Shown: one piece after another, positions 27,617 to 35,942 of the stretch | Position numbering within the stretch: the first letter of the stretch is position 1 | Layout: each line of letters begins with the position of its first letter | Assembly (NCBI GenBank): GCA_041577335.1 | Contig: JBFGJH010000032.1 | Coordinates: 1 to 35,942, forward strand | DNA length: 35,942 nucleotides | Direction of reading: 5' to 3' | From: Acidimicrobiia bacterium | GTDB lineage: Bacteria; Actinomycetota; Acidimicrobiia; Spongiisociales; JAENVV01 | Position numbers and translations under genes: made by a program | The notes under the pieces: generated by a model | Seen by the model: only the letters and a program-made list of their open reading frames with translations | The model's database searches: none | What the model was told of the DNA's origin: nothing

Positions 27617-28464
27617 CGTCGGTCCTCCTCGAGTGCCCGAATCGTCTCGTCCGACATGTGATAGGTCTCTTCCTCGGACGGAAAGTCGCCCGATTGTACG
27701 TCGGCGAAGAAGGACTGCAGAGCTGCGACGGCGTCAGCTTTGAGATTGGCGTATCGGCGGACGAACTTCGCCATGTTGCCATCGTGCAGGCCGAGCACGT
27801 CATGGAACACGAGGACCTGGCCGTCGGTGGCGTTCCCGGCCCCGATGCCGATGGTGGGCACCGATACCTCGCCTGTGATGATCTCGGCCAGCGTGTCGGG
27901 AATACCCTCGAGCACCATGGCAAACACGCCCGCCTCGTCCAGAGCGACGGCGTCGGCGATGAGCGCCCTGGCATCCTCGGCGGCCCGCCCTTGGACCTTG
28001 TAGCCACCCATGGCATACACCGACTGGGGCGTGAGACCAATGTGTCCCATCACCGGGATCTCGGTGGACAGAATCGCTTGGACCACCTCGACCCGGTTGC
28101 GGCCGCCTTCCAGCTTCACGGCCTCGGCGCCACCCTCACGCACCAGGCGGGCTGCGTTGGCAACGGCATCTTCCACGGTCACGTGATAACTCATCCATGG
28201 CATGTCCCCGACCACCAGCGATCGAGGATTGGCCCTGGAAACAGCGGCCGTATGATGAATCATGATGGGGATGTCGACCGAGATGGTGTGGTCGAAGCCC
28301 AGCATCGTATTCGCTACCGAATCGCCGACCAGGATGACGTCGGCGCCGGCCTCCGAGGCAATGGCGGCGCCAGGGGCGTCGTACGCAGTCACCATCGTGA
28401 TCTTGCGCTCACCCTTCAGTGCCTTGATGGCGGGGGCGGTCATCTTCTTCGACAAGTCGGTCAT
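27586..28464 (-). CDS. panB: 3-methyl-2-oxobutanoate hydroxymethyltransferase
   Basis: TAYDA, LVGDS, VKLEGG, GHIGLTPQ and IGIGAG...DGQVLV motifs. Confidence 0.97.
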   Translation of the reverse strand: MTDLSKKMTAPAIKALKGERKITMVTAYDAPGAAIASEAGADVILVGDSVANTMLGFDHTISVDIPIMIHHTAAVSRANPRSLVVGDMPWMSYHVTVEDAVANAARLVREGGAEAVKLEGGRNRVEVVQAILSTEIPVMGHIGLTPQSVYAMGGYKVQGRAAEDARALIADAVALDEAGVFAMVLEGIPDTLAEIITGEVSVPTIGIGAGNATDGQVLVFHDVLGLHDGNMAKFVRRYANLKADAVAALQSFFADVQSGDFPSEEETYHMSDETIRALEEDRRRDVSWPMSW

Positions 28465-28566
28465 CTCCGAATCCCTTCAGCGGGCCGGTTCTCGTCATAC
28501 CAGGTTAGCGGGAGGCACCAGTTGTCCCTGGGGACAGCACGCATTCCGGGGGCGCTTCGGGCTGCC

Positions 28567-29187
28567 TCACCCCGAAATGAGGCCGCGCAGGTGGGCGACT
28601 TCGCTTCGCAACGCCGCTACTTCCTGGCGCAGCACCGCCAGTTCGTCCACGGCGGGAGCGGCCTCCTGAGGCGGTGCCTGGATTGCCGCCGCAATGTCCT
28701 CATCTGAGATGAGCTGTTGGTATCTCGCTTCCTTTTGCCCGGGCCGACGGGCGAGCAAGGTGACGAGCGGCTCGTCACGGCGCTCCATGGCTGCCAGCGT
28801 GTCGGCCACATCCTCGAGGTCGGCAAACGTGCAGTAGCGCTCGGTCCGGCTGCGCAGCTCCCCCAGTGTTTGCGGGCCTCGTAGCAACAAGACGGCCAGC
28901 AGCGCTTTCTGGCGCCGGTCGATCTCGAGGGGCTCCTCGACGACCTCCATGTGTTTCATGGCGCGTTCACCGTGGCGGCGCACAGTCTTGGCGAGGCGCA
29001 GCTCCCGAAGGGCGTTCATGGCGTCGATCACGATGTCTTCGTCGTAGGCAACGACAGGATCGCGATTCGAGGACTGATTGCAGGCGGCGATAAGCGCTTT
29101 GGTGGTGAGCGGGTAGTGATCGGGCGTCGTCATGTGCTTCTCGATGAGGGCACCGAGCACCCGACTTTCCGCGGCAGTCAGTTCCAT
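28567..29187 (-). CDS. DUF480/YceH family protein
   Basis: RVLGALIEKHMTTPDHYPLT, ACNQSSNRDPV and LLLRGPQTLGELRSR motifs. Confidence 0.93.
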   Translation of the reverse strand: MELTAAESRVLGALIEKHMTTPDHYPLTTKALIAACNQSSNRDPVVAYDEDIVIDAMNALRELRLAKTVRRHGERAMKHMEVVEEPLEIDRRQKALLAVLLLRGPQTLGELRSRTERYCTFADLEDVADTLAAMERRDEPLVTLLARRPGQKEARYQQLISDEDIAAAIQAPPQEAAPAVDELAVLRQEVAALRSEVAHLRGLISG

Positions 29188-29202
29188 AGGGAGACGCTAG
29201 AC

Positions 29203-29274
29203 GAACCCGGGGTTCAACCCGGGGTTCAGTGTTTCAGATCTGAAACACTGAGCCCGGGGTACAACCCAGGGTTT
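29203..29274. repeat. Two REP-like units joined by a perfect 26-bp palindrome (BIME/REPIN-like)
   Basis: Units at 29203-29227 and 29250-29274; TCAGTGTTTCAGATCTGAAACACTGA at 29226-29251. Confidence 0.75.
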
Positions 29275-29289
29275 GCGAAATGTGGTGGG

Positions 29290-30201
29290 CTAGCTGCGCA
29301 GGGCGGTGAGGACGGCGGCAGCCTTTTCGATGGAGGGGGCCGTGATGGGATCGAGCACCAGCTGCAGGTGCTCCACCCCCACTGCGTGCCAGCGCCGGAG
29401 CTCCGCCGCCATTTGGCCGGCTGATCCCGTGATCGGCGTCAGCGGCACCCGACGCATGTAGGCGGTTTGCCGCCCCTTTCCCTCGTCGAACTGCACCAGG
29501 GCGGCGGCAGTCTTCACCACCGAGGACGGATCTCGGCCCGCCGTCCGCAACGCCTCGTCGACCTTGGCATGAATCGGGGCGAGGGCATCGGGGTCGTTGC
29601 CGTGCCAGGCAAACCAGCTGTTCCACCAGTGCATATGGGGGGCGGCGATCGACAACATCCGCTCGCCCTGTGAGCCCAGCATGAGCGGCGGGCCACCGGG
29701 CTTGGCCGATGGGGGCGCCATCACGCTGTCAGTGATTTGGTAGTACTCCCCCGAAAAGGTCACCGTCTCGCCGGCGACCAAGCGGCGGATGATCTCGAAT
29801 GCTTCCTCGAAGCGGCTCACCCGGTAGTCATACGGAAACCCGAAGGCGTCGTATTCAGTGCGGTTCCACCCGGCGCCCAAGCCAAGGATCAGGCGGCCGC
29901 CGCTGATCTCGTCCACCGTGGAGGCCATCTTGGCGAGCATTGCTGGAGCATGGAACGAGGTGGAGGCCACCAACGGACCAAGTAGCACGCGGTCGGTCGC
30001 CACTGCGAGCGCCGCCAGCTGAGTCCATGCTTCCCATGGCCCGATCACTCCCCGGTCATCCGAATACAACAGATGATCGCCAACCCAGATGGAATCGAAG
30101 CCTGCCGCCTCGATGAGCTTGGCCAGCTCGAGTTGATTGGACCAACGGCTCTCGTATTCGACTTCGGGAAGCTGGACCCCGACCTGCAGCTGCCGGCTCA
30201 A
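29290..30201 (-). CDS. LLM-class flavin/F420-dependent oxidoreductase
   Basis: GFDSIWVGDH, LAKMASTVDEISGGRLILGLGAGW and FSGEYY motifs; TTG start overlaps the upstream stop. Confidence 0.92.
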   Translation of the reverse strand: MSRQLQVGVQLPEVEYESRWSNQLELAKLIEAAGFDSIWVGDHLLYSDDRGVIGPWEAWTQLAALAVATDRVLLGPLVASTSFHAPAMLAKMASTVDEISGGRLILGLGAGWNRTEYDAFGFPYDYRVSRFEEAFEIIRRLVAGETVTFSGEYYQITDSVMAPPSAKPGGPPLMLGSQGERMLSIAAPHMHWWNSWFAWHGNDPDALAPIHAKVDEALRTAGRDPSSVVKTAAALVQFDEGKGRQTAYMRRVPLTPITGSAGQMAAELRRWHAVGVEHLQLVLDPITAPSIEKAAAVLTALRS

Positions 30202-31373
30202 CTGCCGGCCCGGAAGGCGCTGTGGCCGGTGATCGCTTGTCCCAGCACGAGCGTGTGGATCTCGTGGGTGCCTTCGTAGGTGTAGACCGACTCCAGGTTG
30301 TTCATGTGGCGGATCACCGGATATTCGAGGGTCACGCCGTTGGCGCCCAGGATCGAGCGAGCCTCCCGGGCGATCTCCAGGGCCGCCCGGACGTTCATGA
30401 GTTTTCCGAAACTGACCTGGGCGGGCTCCAGACGTTCTTCGTCCTTGAGCCTGCCGAGTCGCAGGGCGACCTGGAGGCCGCTGTTGATCTTCACGAGCAT
30501 GTCGACGAGCTTCTGTTGCGTGAGCTGAAACGCCGCGATCGGCGTGTCGAATTGCACCCGTTCCTTCGAATACGACAGTGCCGCCTCGTAACAGGAGCGG
30601 GCCGCTCCGAGGGCCCCCCAGGCGATGCCGAAACGCGCTTCGGATAGGCAGCTCAGTGGTCCCCGCATCCCGACCACGCCTGGGAGCACCGCATCGTGTG
30701 GCAACCGAACATCGTCCATCACCAGCTCTGAGGTGACCGAGGCGCGCAACGACAGCTTCTTGTGGATCAGATTGGCCGTGAAACCCGGGGTGTCGGTGGG
30801 AACGACAAACCCGCGCACCCCTTCGTCGGTCTGAGCCCACACGACTGCGACATCGGCGATGTTGCCGTTGGTGATCCACATCTTGCGCCCGTTGAGGATC
30901 CAATCATCACCGTCGGGACGGGCCACCGTCCGCATTGAGATCGGATCAGAACCAGAGTCGGGCTCGGTGAGGCCAAAACACCCGATGGCGTCGCCGGCGG
31001 CCATGCGAGGCAGCCAAGTCTGTTTCTGCTCCTCCGATCCGTATTTCCAGATGGGGAACATCGCCAGCGAGCCCTGCACCGAGACAAACGACCGAAGGCC
31101 ACTGTCGCCTGCTTCGAGTTCCAGGCAGGCCAGCCCGTAGGCCACGGCGTTGGTTCCCGCGCACCCGTAACCCTCGAGGTGCATCCCCAGCAGGCCCATC
31201 TCGCCGACCTGTTTGGCGACCTCGGCTGCAGGGAATTCGCCCGCCTCGAACCAATCCCCGACGGCGGGGACGATCTCTTTGGTCACGTATTGACGGACGG
31301 TGTCTTGGATGAGGCGTTCCTCGTCCGAAAGTTGGGAACGGAGGTCGAGGAAGTCGAGTGGGTTTATTGGCAT
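30198..31373 (-). CDS. gcdH: Acyl-CoA dehydrogenase, glutaryl-CoA dehydrogenase-like
   Basis: DSGLRSFVSVQGSL, GCFGLTEPDSGSDP, KMWITNG and HMNNLESVYTYEGTHEIH motifs. Confidence 0.88.
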   Translation of the reverse strand: MPINPLDFLDLRSQLSDEERLIQDTVRQYVTKEIVPAVGDWFEAGEFPAAEVAKQVGEMGLLGMHLEGYGCAGTNAVAYGLACLELEAGDSGLRSFVSVQGSLAMFPIWKYGSEEQKQTWLPRMAAGDAIGCFGLTEPDSGSDPISMRTVARPDGDDWILNGRKMWITNGNIADVAVVWAQTDEGVRGFVVPTDTPGFTANLIHKKLSLRASVTSELVMDDVRLPHDAVLPGVVGMRGPLSCLSEARFGIAWGALGAARSCYEAALSYSKERVQFDTPIAAFQLTQQKLVDMLVKINSGLQVALRLGRLKDEERLEPAQVSFGKLMNVRAALEIAREARSILGANGVTLEYPVIRHMNNLESVYTYEGTHEIHTLVLGQAITGHSAFRAGS

Positions 31374-31410
31374 GGTCTGATGTTACGTCGTCGTGAAGGC
31401 AGGCTCACAG

Positions 31411-32043
31411 CTAACCCATCGCCGGCTTGCCGGCTAACACATTGGCCAACATCCCCGAGACCATGCCCATCATCGAATAGACCCTCTCTTCGTCAAACGT
31501 GTCCGGATCGAGCCGGCTCATGAGGGCCAACCCGAGAAACAGCGCCGAGATCCCCGTCGCCATGTCTTGGAGTGGCATGAACGGCTTGAGCGGGGATCCT
31601 TCGAATGCGCGATTGATAGCGGTGGCCACCAGATCGATCCAAGGCCGAAACGACTCCATGATTCTGGGACCGAGTTCCTCGTCGTATGCCGCGAGGGCCA
31701 TCAGCTGGGTGACCACTGTCACCGATCCGTCTGCGACGTCCTCCGCGTGGAGCTCCGCCGCCACCCTCACGAGGTCGCCGAGTTCGGTCACGCCTTCGAT
31801 CCGCTCCCGGTACTTCTCGACCTGTCGCTTGGATGACTGCTCGGCGGCGGCCACCAAAAGCTGATTCACTCCGCCGAAGTGATAGAAGATGAGCGCCTGA
31901 TTGAAGTCGCCTTCTCTGGCGATGGCACGCGCCGACGTGTGCTTGATCCCCTCCTTCTTGAGGGTTTCGTACGCGGCCTCCATTATCTTCTCGCGGGTCG
32001 AGACCTCATGGTCGTTGGAAGTTGTCGAAGGCATGGACCCCAT
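31411..32043 (-). CDS. TetR/AcrR family regulator
   Basis: TREKIMEAA...SARAIAREGDFNQALIFYHFGG HTH; start at MGSMPS. Confidence 0.9.
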   Translation of the reverse strand: MGSMPSTTSNDHEVSTREKIMEAAYETLKKEGIKHTSARAIAREGDFNQALIFYHFGGVNQLLVAAAEQSSKRQVEKYRERIEGVTELGDLVRVAAELHAEDVADGSVTVVTQLMALAAYDEELGPRIMESFRPWIDLVATAINRAFEGSPLKPFMPLQDMATGISALFLGLALMSRLDPDTFDEERVYSMMGMVSGMLANVLAGKPAMG

Positions 32044-32083
32044 TAAACAGCTGCTCAAACGGTAAAGGAAGTCGAAAGCACCT

Positions 32084-32530
32084 TCAACCAGGTTGAGAAA
32101 CGTGATCGATTGACGGCAACGGCGGGGGTTCAGAGCCAAAAGATGGCCGTTCGCACCAGGTGCATTCGGGCTCGGCGCCTTCGGAGAGATATACCGACCA
32201 ACGGAGCCGGCGCTTCGTGATTGCCCGAAAGAAGCCCTCTGCCATCGGAGCCAGGGTCGGCCCGCTCAGCCGATACGACCACTCTCGGTACCGCACCGTC
32301 GCCCACAGGCAGGTGATGAAGGCCGCTGGGCCCATCCACACTGAGCCCAGGTCATTGACCACCACCAGTTCTTGGCCGAGCCATGGCACTGAGCCGTAGC
32401 GCTGCTTGGCGGCCGGAGATCCGGCCGCCAAGAGTTCGAGCTCTACGTGGGTGCGCTGGCCCGCCAGCCAATCCCGGCACCGCCGGCAGATGGCACAGTG
32501 CTCGTCGTAGAGAACGGTCAGTCGTTCCAT
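32084..32530 (-). CDS. DCC1/DUF393 thiol-disulfide oxidoreductase family protein
   Basis: LTVLYDEHCAIC (DxxCxxC). Confidence 0.85.
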   Translation of the reverse strand: MERLTVLYDEHCAICRRCRDWLAGQRTHVELELLAAGSPAAKQRYGSVPWLGQELVVVNDLGSVWMGPAAFITCLWATVRYREWSYRLSGPTLAPMAEGFFRAITKRRLRWSVYLSEGAEPECTWCERPSFGSEPPPLPSIDHVSQPG

Positions 32531-32931
32531 GTCGAGTCGCCTGTGAGGATCGCCTGCGGCGGGATCGGCGGGATCCGGTGCGACGACCGGTTCCTGATCC
32601 GCCAGAAGATGATGATGTTGAAGAAGTGGATCACACCAAGGCTCACCAACAGGATGCCTAGTTTGTTCACCAGGAGCTCGCTCGCCCCGAGTGCATCCGC
32701 AGGTCGTCTCGCCGATTCGAAGATCAGAAAGGCGTAGCCGAGGTTCAGCATGTAGAACCCCACCACCAGCAGCCGGTTGACTGCCTCAGCCATTCCCGGG
32801 CGGTCTTCGAACACGTCTTCCAGGAACACCGCGCCGTTCCTGAAGAGCGTCCGAGCGAGCCACACGGTCAATCCGATCGCCGCCAACCCGTAAATCACAT
32901 ACACCGTTACCAACGGTCCGGTCTGTGTCAT
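32518..32931 (-). CDS. Hypothetical three-TM membrane protein
   Basis: LFRNGAVFLEDVF, AVNRLLVVGFYMLNLGY and LGVIHFFN segments; RBS GAAGGGA. Confidence 0.75.
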   Translation of the reverse strand: MTQTGPLVTVYVIYGLAAIGLTVWLARTLFRNGAVFLEDVFEDRPGMAEAVNRLLVVGFYMLNLGYAFLIFESARRPADALGASELLVNKLGILLVSLGVIHFFNIIIFWRIRNRSSHRIPPIPPQAILTGDSTWND

Positions 32932-32971
32932 GGTCCCTTCCTTTCTCCTGTGCCCAAGCCACTATTCTCGG

Positions 32972-33006
32972 TGTTTGAGCACTCGCTTTGATCACTCGCT
33001 CAAACA
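32972..33006. promoter_or_regulatory. Probable TetR operator(s)
   Basis: TTTGAGCACTCGCT and TTTGATCACTCGCTCAAA; a related ATTAAACAGCTGCTCAAA lies at 32042-32059 in front of tetR. Confidence 0.55.
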
Positions 33007-33039
33007 ATACGACAGGAGAGTGGAATCGTCAAGAGGTGA

Positions 33040-33505
33040 AGTGTCGCGCCGCCCGCGAGGCGCCCCCCTGCCCCCGCCCTACCGGGCGGCGGTACCTTCC
33101 CCCCAACGAAGTTGGGGGGACTATTGAAGAAAGGGGACACGTGCCTGAAATGTGCGCGATGTTGATCCTGCTGGGAACGAACGTCGTCGCCACCTCCGTG
33201 GCTCCTCCGCCCCCTCCGCTTTCGCCTAACGGCGAAACCACCCCCCCCACCGCGCGCTATCGCTCGCTGGAGGAGGAAACAGGGGGAGTTTGCGGGGGAA
33301 AGGCTCCCCCGCCCCTCAACAGGGTTGAGCTGCGACCGCGTCGCACCTCAACCCAGCAGGAGCGCGGCCGAAGGGCCGCTCCTCCCGGAACTCGATCGAA
33401 TCCTGATTCGATCGAAATAGGGCGCGCCGCCGAAGGGCCGCCCGACCAGTTCGAAGCGGCGCACGAAGGGCGACGCGCAGATCTCGAAAATTCCGATCTT
33501 CGAGA
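33040..33505. repeat. Intergenic cluster of short GC-rich palindromes (REP-like)
   Basis: Multiple hairpins; 33281-33299 and 33392-33417 recur inverted at 35804-35822 and 35526-35551. Confidence 0.6.
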
Positions 33506-34267
33506 TTACAGCCGCTCGTTCAGCCACTTCATGTCGGCGACGTGCTCTTCGGCCTCTCCAGGGGTTTCGAGCACCACGGGGGCGTTGGCGGCGCGGACCA
33601 CCTCTACCAGGGCGTCTTCGTCGATCTCGCCGGCGCCGAGGTTGGCGTGGCGGTCGCGCCGGCTGTCGAACGGATCGCGAGAGTCGTTGCAGTGAACCAA
33701 GTCGATGCGCCCGGTGGCTGCGAGCACGCGATCGACGAGGCCGTCCATCTTCTGGCCGGCTGCCCAGGCGTGGCATGTGTCGAGACAGAATCCGACTCCA
33801 AGATCGCCGATCTCCTGCCAAAGCCGCCCGATCACTTCGATTTCTCGTGCCATTGCCACCGCTCCCCCAGCCGTGTTCTCGATGAAGATCGGCACGTCGG
33901 TCTCGGTCTGCTCGAGCGCCTTGCGCCACCGGACGAATCCATCTTCTTCGACTTCATCGTCGCCGGTCATATGGCCACCGTGGACAATCACGGCTTTGGC
34001 ACCGACGGCAGTGGCAGCATCACAGGTCTGTTGGAGAATCTTGCGGCTGGGGATACGGACCCGGTTGTTCCCGGCGACGACGTTCACCAAATACGGTGAG
34101 TGCACGTAGATGTCGATGTCCGACGCCATCAGCTCATCAGCGTCGTCCCGCGGTGGAGGCTTCTTCCATGATTGTGGGTTGCCGAGGAAGATCTGCACCA
34201 GGTCGGCGTTGCGAGCGGCAGCCTCGGCCAGCGGGTCCGTCGAGCTCACGTGCGCACCGAGCAACAT
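33506..34267 (-). CDS. nfo: Endonuclease IV
   Basis: LGAHVS, VHSPY, IENTAG, CLDTCH, HCNDS and DRHANLG motifs. Confidence 0.93.
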   Translation of the reverse strand: MLLGAHVSSTDPLAEAAARNADLVQIFLGNPQSWKKPPPRDDADELMASDIDIYVHSPYLVNVVAGNNRVRIPSRKILQQTCDAATAVGAKAVIVHGGHMTGDDEVEEDGFVRWRKALEQTETDVPIFIENTAGGAVAMAREIEVIGRLWQEIGDLGVGFCLDTCHAWAAGQKMDGLVDRVLAATGRIDLVHCNDSRDPFDSRRDRHANLGAGEIDEDALVEVVRAANAPVVLETPGEAEEHVADMKWLNERL

Positions 34268-34283
34268 CGTCGAAGCGTACTGC

Positions 34284-34853
34284 TCAGGATTCCGGAATCG
34301 GAGGTGGAGCTGCCACGAGGGCGGCCCGGCGCATTCTTGTGAGCTCGGCCACAACCTGGTCGAGCGGCATATCCCACCGGGTTGCGTCCATCACCAGCGT
34401 GTGCCCTCCAATCCATCGTGCGCCCCAGGGGTCGTCGGGCAGCTCGCCTTGGGCTGACACTGTCAACGCCAATGCGGGGAGGACCTGCCGGTCTACTGCC
34501 CGCGTCGTCTCGGCGACCTCCTCCAAATCAGACCATGCGATGCTCGTCGACTTTGCGAAGGGGCCACGCACGGCGATCCGGAGCGCTTCGGCGTCGGCTC
34601 TGAGAATGTTCTTGGGGACGACGAGGTCGCGCAGTCCCCACAACACCATGGCGCCTCCAACAAAGGCGAACAACGAAGCCAGAAAGGCGTCACGCAACTC
34701 GAACGGGTCGACGTCGGAGGCGTACACCACGTCACCGATTTGGCTGAGCAGCCGCGCTCCCGTGAAGAAATCGAAGGCAACGGCCACGAGCGGGAGGCCT
34801 GCCAAGGCGACGAAGAATGGAAAGAGCGGTTTGCGACGGACACGCACGTTCAC
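34284..34853 (-). CDS. Hypothetical membrane protein (two TM segments plus a soluble domain)
   Basis: 189-aa ORF, GTGA-coupled to pyrE, co-oriented with nfo. Confidence 0.65.
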   Translation of the reverse strand: MNVRVRRKPLFPFFVALAGLPLVAVAFDFFTGARLLSQIGDVVYASDVDPFELRDAFLASLFAFVGGAMVLWGLRDLVVPKNILRADAEALRIAVRGPFAKSTSIAWSDLEEVAETTRAVDRQVLPALALTVSAQGELPDDPWGARWIGGHTLVMDATRWDMPLDQVVAELTRMRRAALVAAPPPIPES

Positions 34854-35410
34854 GGCGTGACTCCAAGATCCGCTGGCGTGACGAGCGCGACATAGGGAAT
34901 TCCCATGTCGTCGAGTTTGTGTCGGAGCACACCCTCGCTCCGATCTACCAAACAGACTGCTTGCACGACTCGCAGGCCGGCCGCGCGGGCCACTTCGACC
35001 GCCTCGATGAGCGCGCCACCGGTGGTCACGGTGTCATCGATCATGGCGACCGCGTCGCCGGCCACAACCGGGCCAACCAGTCGGCCGCCCGTGCCGTGGT
35101 CTTTGGCGGTCTTGCGGATCGAGAATGCCTTGAGTGGGGTGCCTCGGCCGGTAGACGCAATGGCTGTCGCGACCGCGATGGGATCGGCTCCCATCGTCAG
35201 ACCCCCGACGGCAACGACTTCGGGCAGAACGACCTCGCACACGGCAGCCCCGACCAGGGCCGCACCCTCGCCGTCGAAGGTGGTTTGTCGAGCATCGATG
35301 TAGAAGTCGGAGACCTGACCCGAACGCAGCGTGAAAGGCCCGTCGGTACGGACGGAACTCGCCATGAGATGTTCGATCAACGCCTCGCGGGTCTTGGATA
35401 GATTCGTCAA
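34850..35410 (-). CDS. pyrE: Orotate phosphoribosyltransferase
   Basis: FTLRSGQVSDFYID, GGLTMGADP, RKTAKDHG and IDDTVTTGG motifs; start approximate (TTG 35410). Confidence 0.95.
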   Translation of the reverse strand: MTNLSKTREALIEHLMASSVRTDGPFTLRSGQVSDFYIDARQTTFDGEGAALVGAAVCEVVLPEVVAVGGLTMGADPIAVATAIASTGRGTPLKAFSIRKTAKDHGTGGRLVGPVVAGDAVAMIDDTVTTGGALIEAVEVARAAGLRVVQAVCLVDRSEGVLRHKLDDMGIPYVALVTPADLGVTP

Positions 35411-35418
35411 GTTTTTGC

Positions 35419-35446
35419 TCAAGGGAGGGGGCCGGCATGACGATAC
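35419..35446 (+). promoter_or_regulatory. Sigma28/WhiG-type promoter candidate
   Basis: TCAAG-N15-GACGATAC, the same spacing as 18506-18533. Confidence 0.5.
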
Positions 35447-35451
35447 AACAT

Positions 35452-35525
35452 TCAATAACACGATTTAGCCTCCCGTGTTAGCGCGACCAAACAACCGCCC
35501 CCGCCTCGGGGCGGTTGTTTTTTGG
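35452..35525 (+). ncRNA. Candidate two-hairpin sRNA with a CCUCC loop and an intrinsic terminator
   Basis: TAACACG-atttagcctcc-CGTGTTA followed by AAACAACCGCCCC-cgcctc-GGGGCGGTTGTTT-TTT. Confidence 0.5.
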
Positions 35526-35935
35526 TTTCGACCGAATCAGGATTCGGTCGATCTCGTCTGGCGCCCGACTTTGCACAGAGACGTTGGAGTCAGACATCCC
35601 GCCAAGCTGTGCAAACAGACGCCGGTCGGGCGCATCGGCAGTTGCCGCCTCGCCACAGCCCGCTACATTGCCCGAGAACCGCCTCCTTCGGCCGCACTCA
35701 TGTTGTCGGGTGTGACGACGCGGTCGCCTCACCCGACCCAATGAGTCGAGACCGCTTCGCGTTCTCGAATGCAGTTGCGCAGCAACTGCGCGGCGGCGGA
35801 GCCTCCCCCTCAAACTCCCCCTTGTGTTCTGACGGCCGACTTTGGGCAACACCGTTGGAGCCCAACTTCGCAACGCAGCCCAAACGTGGAGAACGCGGAG
35901 CGTTCTCCGTCGCGGTTGCTGCGCAACCGCACGAC
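35526..35935. repeat. Second cluster of REP-like palindromes
   Basis: GCAGTTGCGCAGCAACTGC (35771-35789) is an inverted match to GCGGTTGCTGCGCAACCGC (35912-35930); two GAGAACGCG(A/G)AGCG hairpins; shares units with 33281-33417. Confidence 0.6.
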
Positions 35936-35942
35936 GCCGGTC

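Noticed and set aside
28465..28566. pan RNA motif or riboswitch upstream of panB
   Set aside because: Only a short TGTCCC/GGGACA stem is visible; a known motif cannot be supported without a covariance search.
29203..29274. Possible mini CRISPR array
   Set aside because: Only two adjacent units, the spacer is itself a palindrome, a third copy is isolated 6 kb away, and there are no cas genes.
30202..30903. 537-aa version of the LLM oxidoreductase
   Set aside because: The extra part is an off-frame overlap with the acyl-CoA dehydrogenase; the real start is the coupled TTG at 30201.
32988..33695. 235-aa + strand ORF across the palindrome cluster
   Set aside because: Low-complexity Pro/Arg/Gly translation of repeats, overlapping nfo antisense, with no recognisable motifs.

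Overview
A GC-rich, gene-dense chromosomal window from an actinobacterium. Acidimicrobiia is the likely class, inferred from gene content and pervasive leaderless starts. Housekeeping genes: purM (partial), lnt, suhB, thrB, dcd, panB, nfo, pyrE, the rpsF-ssb-rpsR-rplI-dnaB cluster, a bS22-type small ribosomal protein and tRNA-Gly(CCC). Other loci: a csoR-copZ-copA copper locus, an ECF sigma factor coupled to an Ogt/Ada-Zn fusion, ArsR-SRPBCC, pirin, TetR, glutaryl-CoA dehydrogenase and several hypothetical proteins. No mobile element, prophage or CRISPR array was found. The most notable signals are missed by the ORF track. (1) A SelW/Rdx selenoprotein with a CxxU motif, an in-frame UGA and a SECIS hairpin 11 nt downstream. 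(2) Four intergenic multi-hairpin sRNA candidates, three with C-rich (anti-SD-like) loops, two behind identically spaced sigma28/WhiG-type promoters. (3) Two genes (copA and a DUF192 lipoprotein) whose best start is ACG 7 nt after a strong GAGGAG site, plus a third with an apparent ATC start. (4) REP-like palindrome families showing compensatory base changes.
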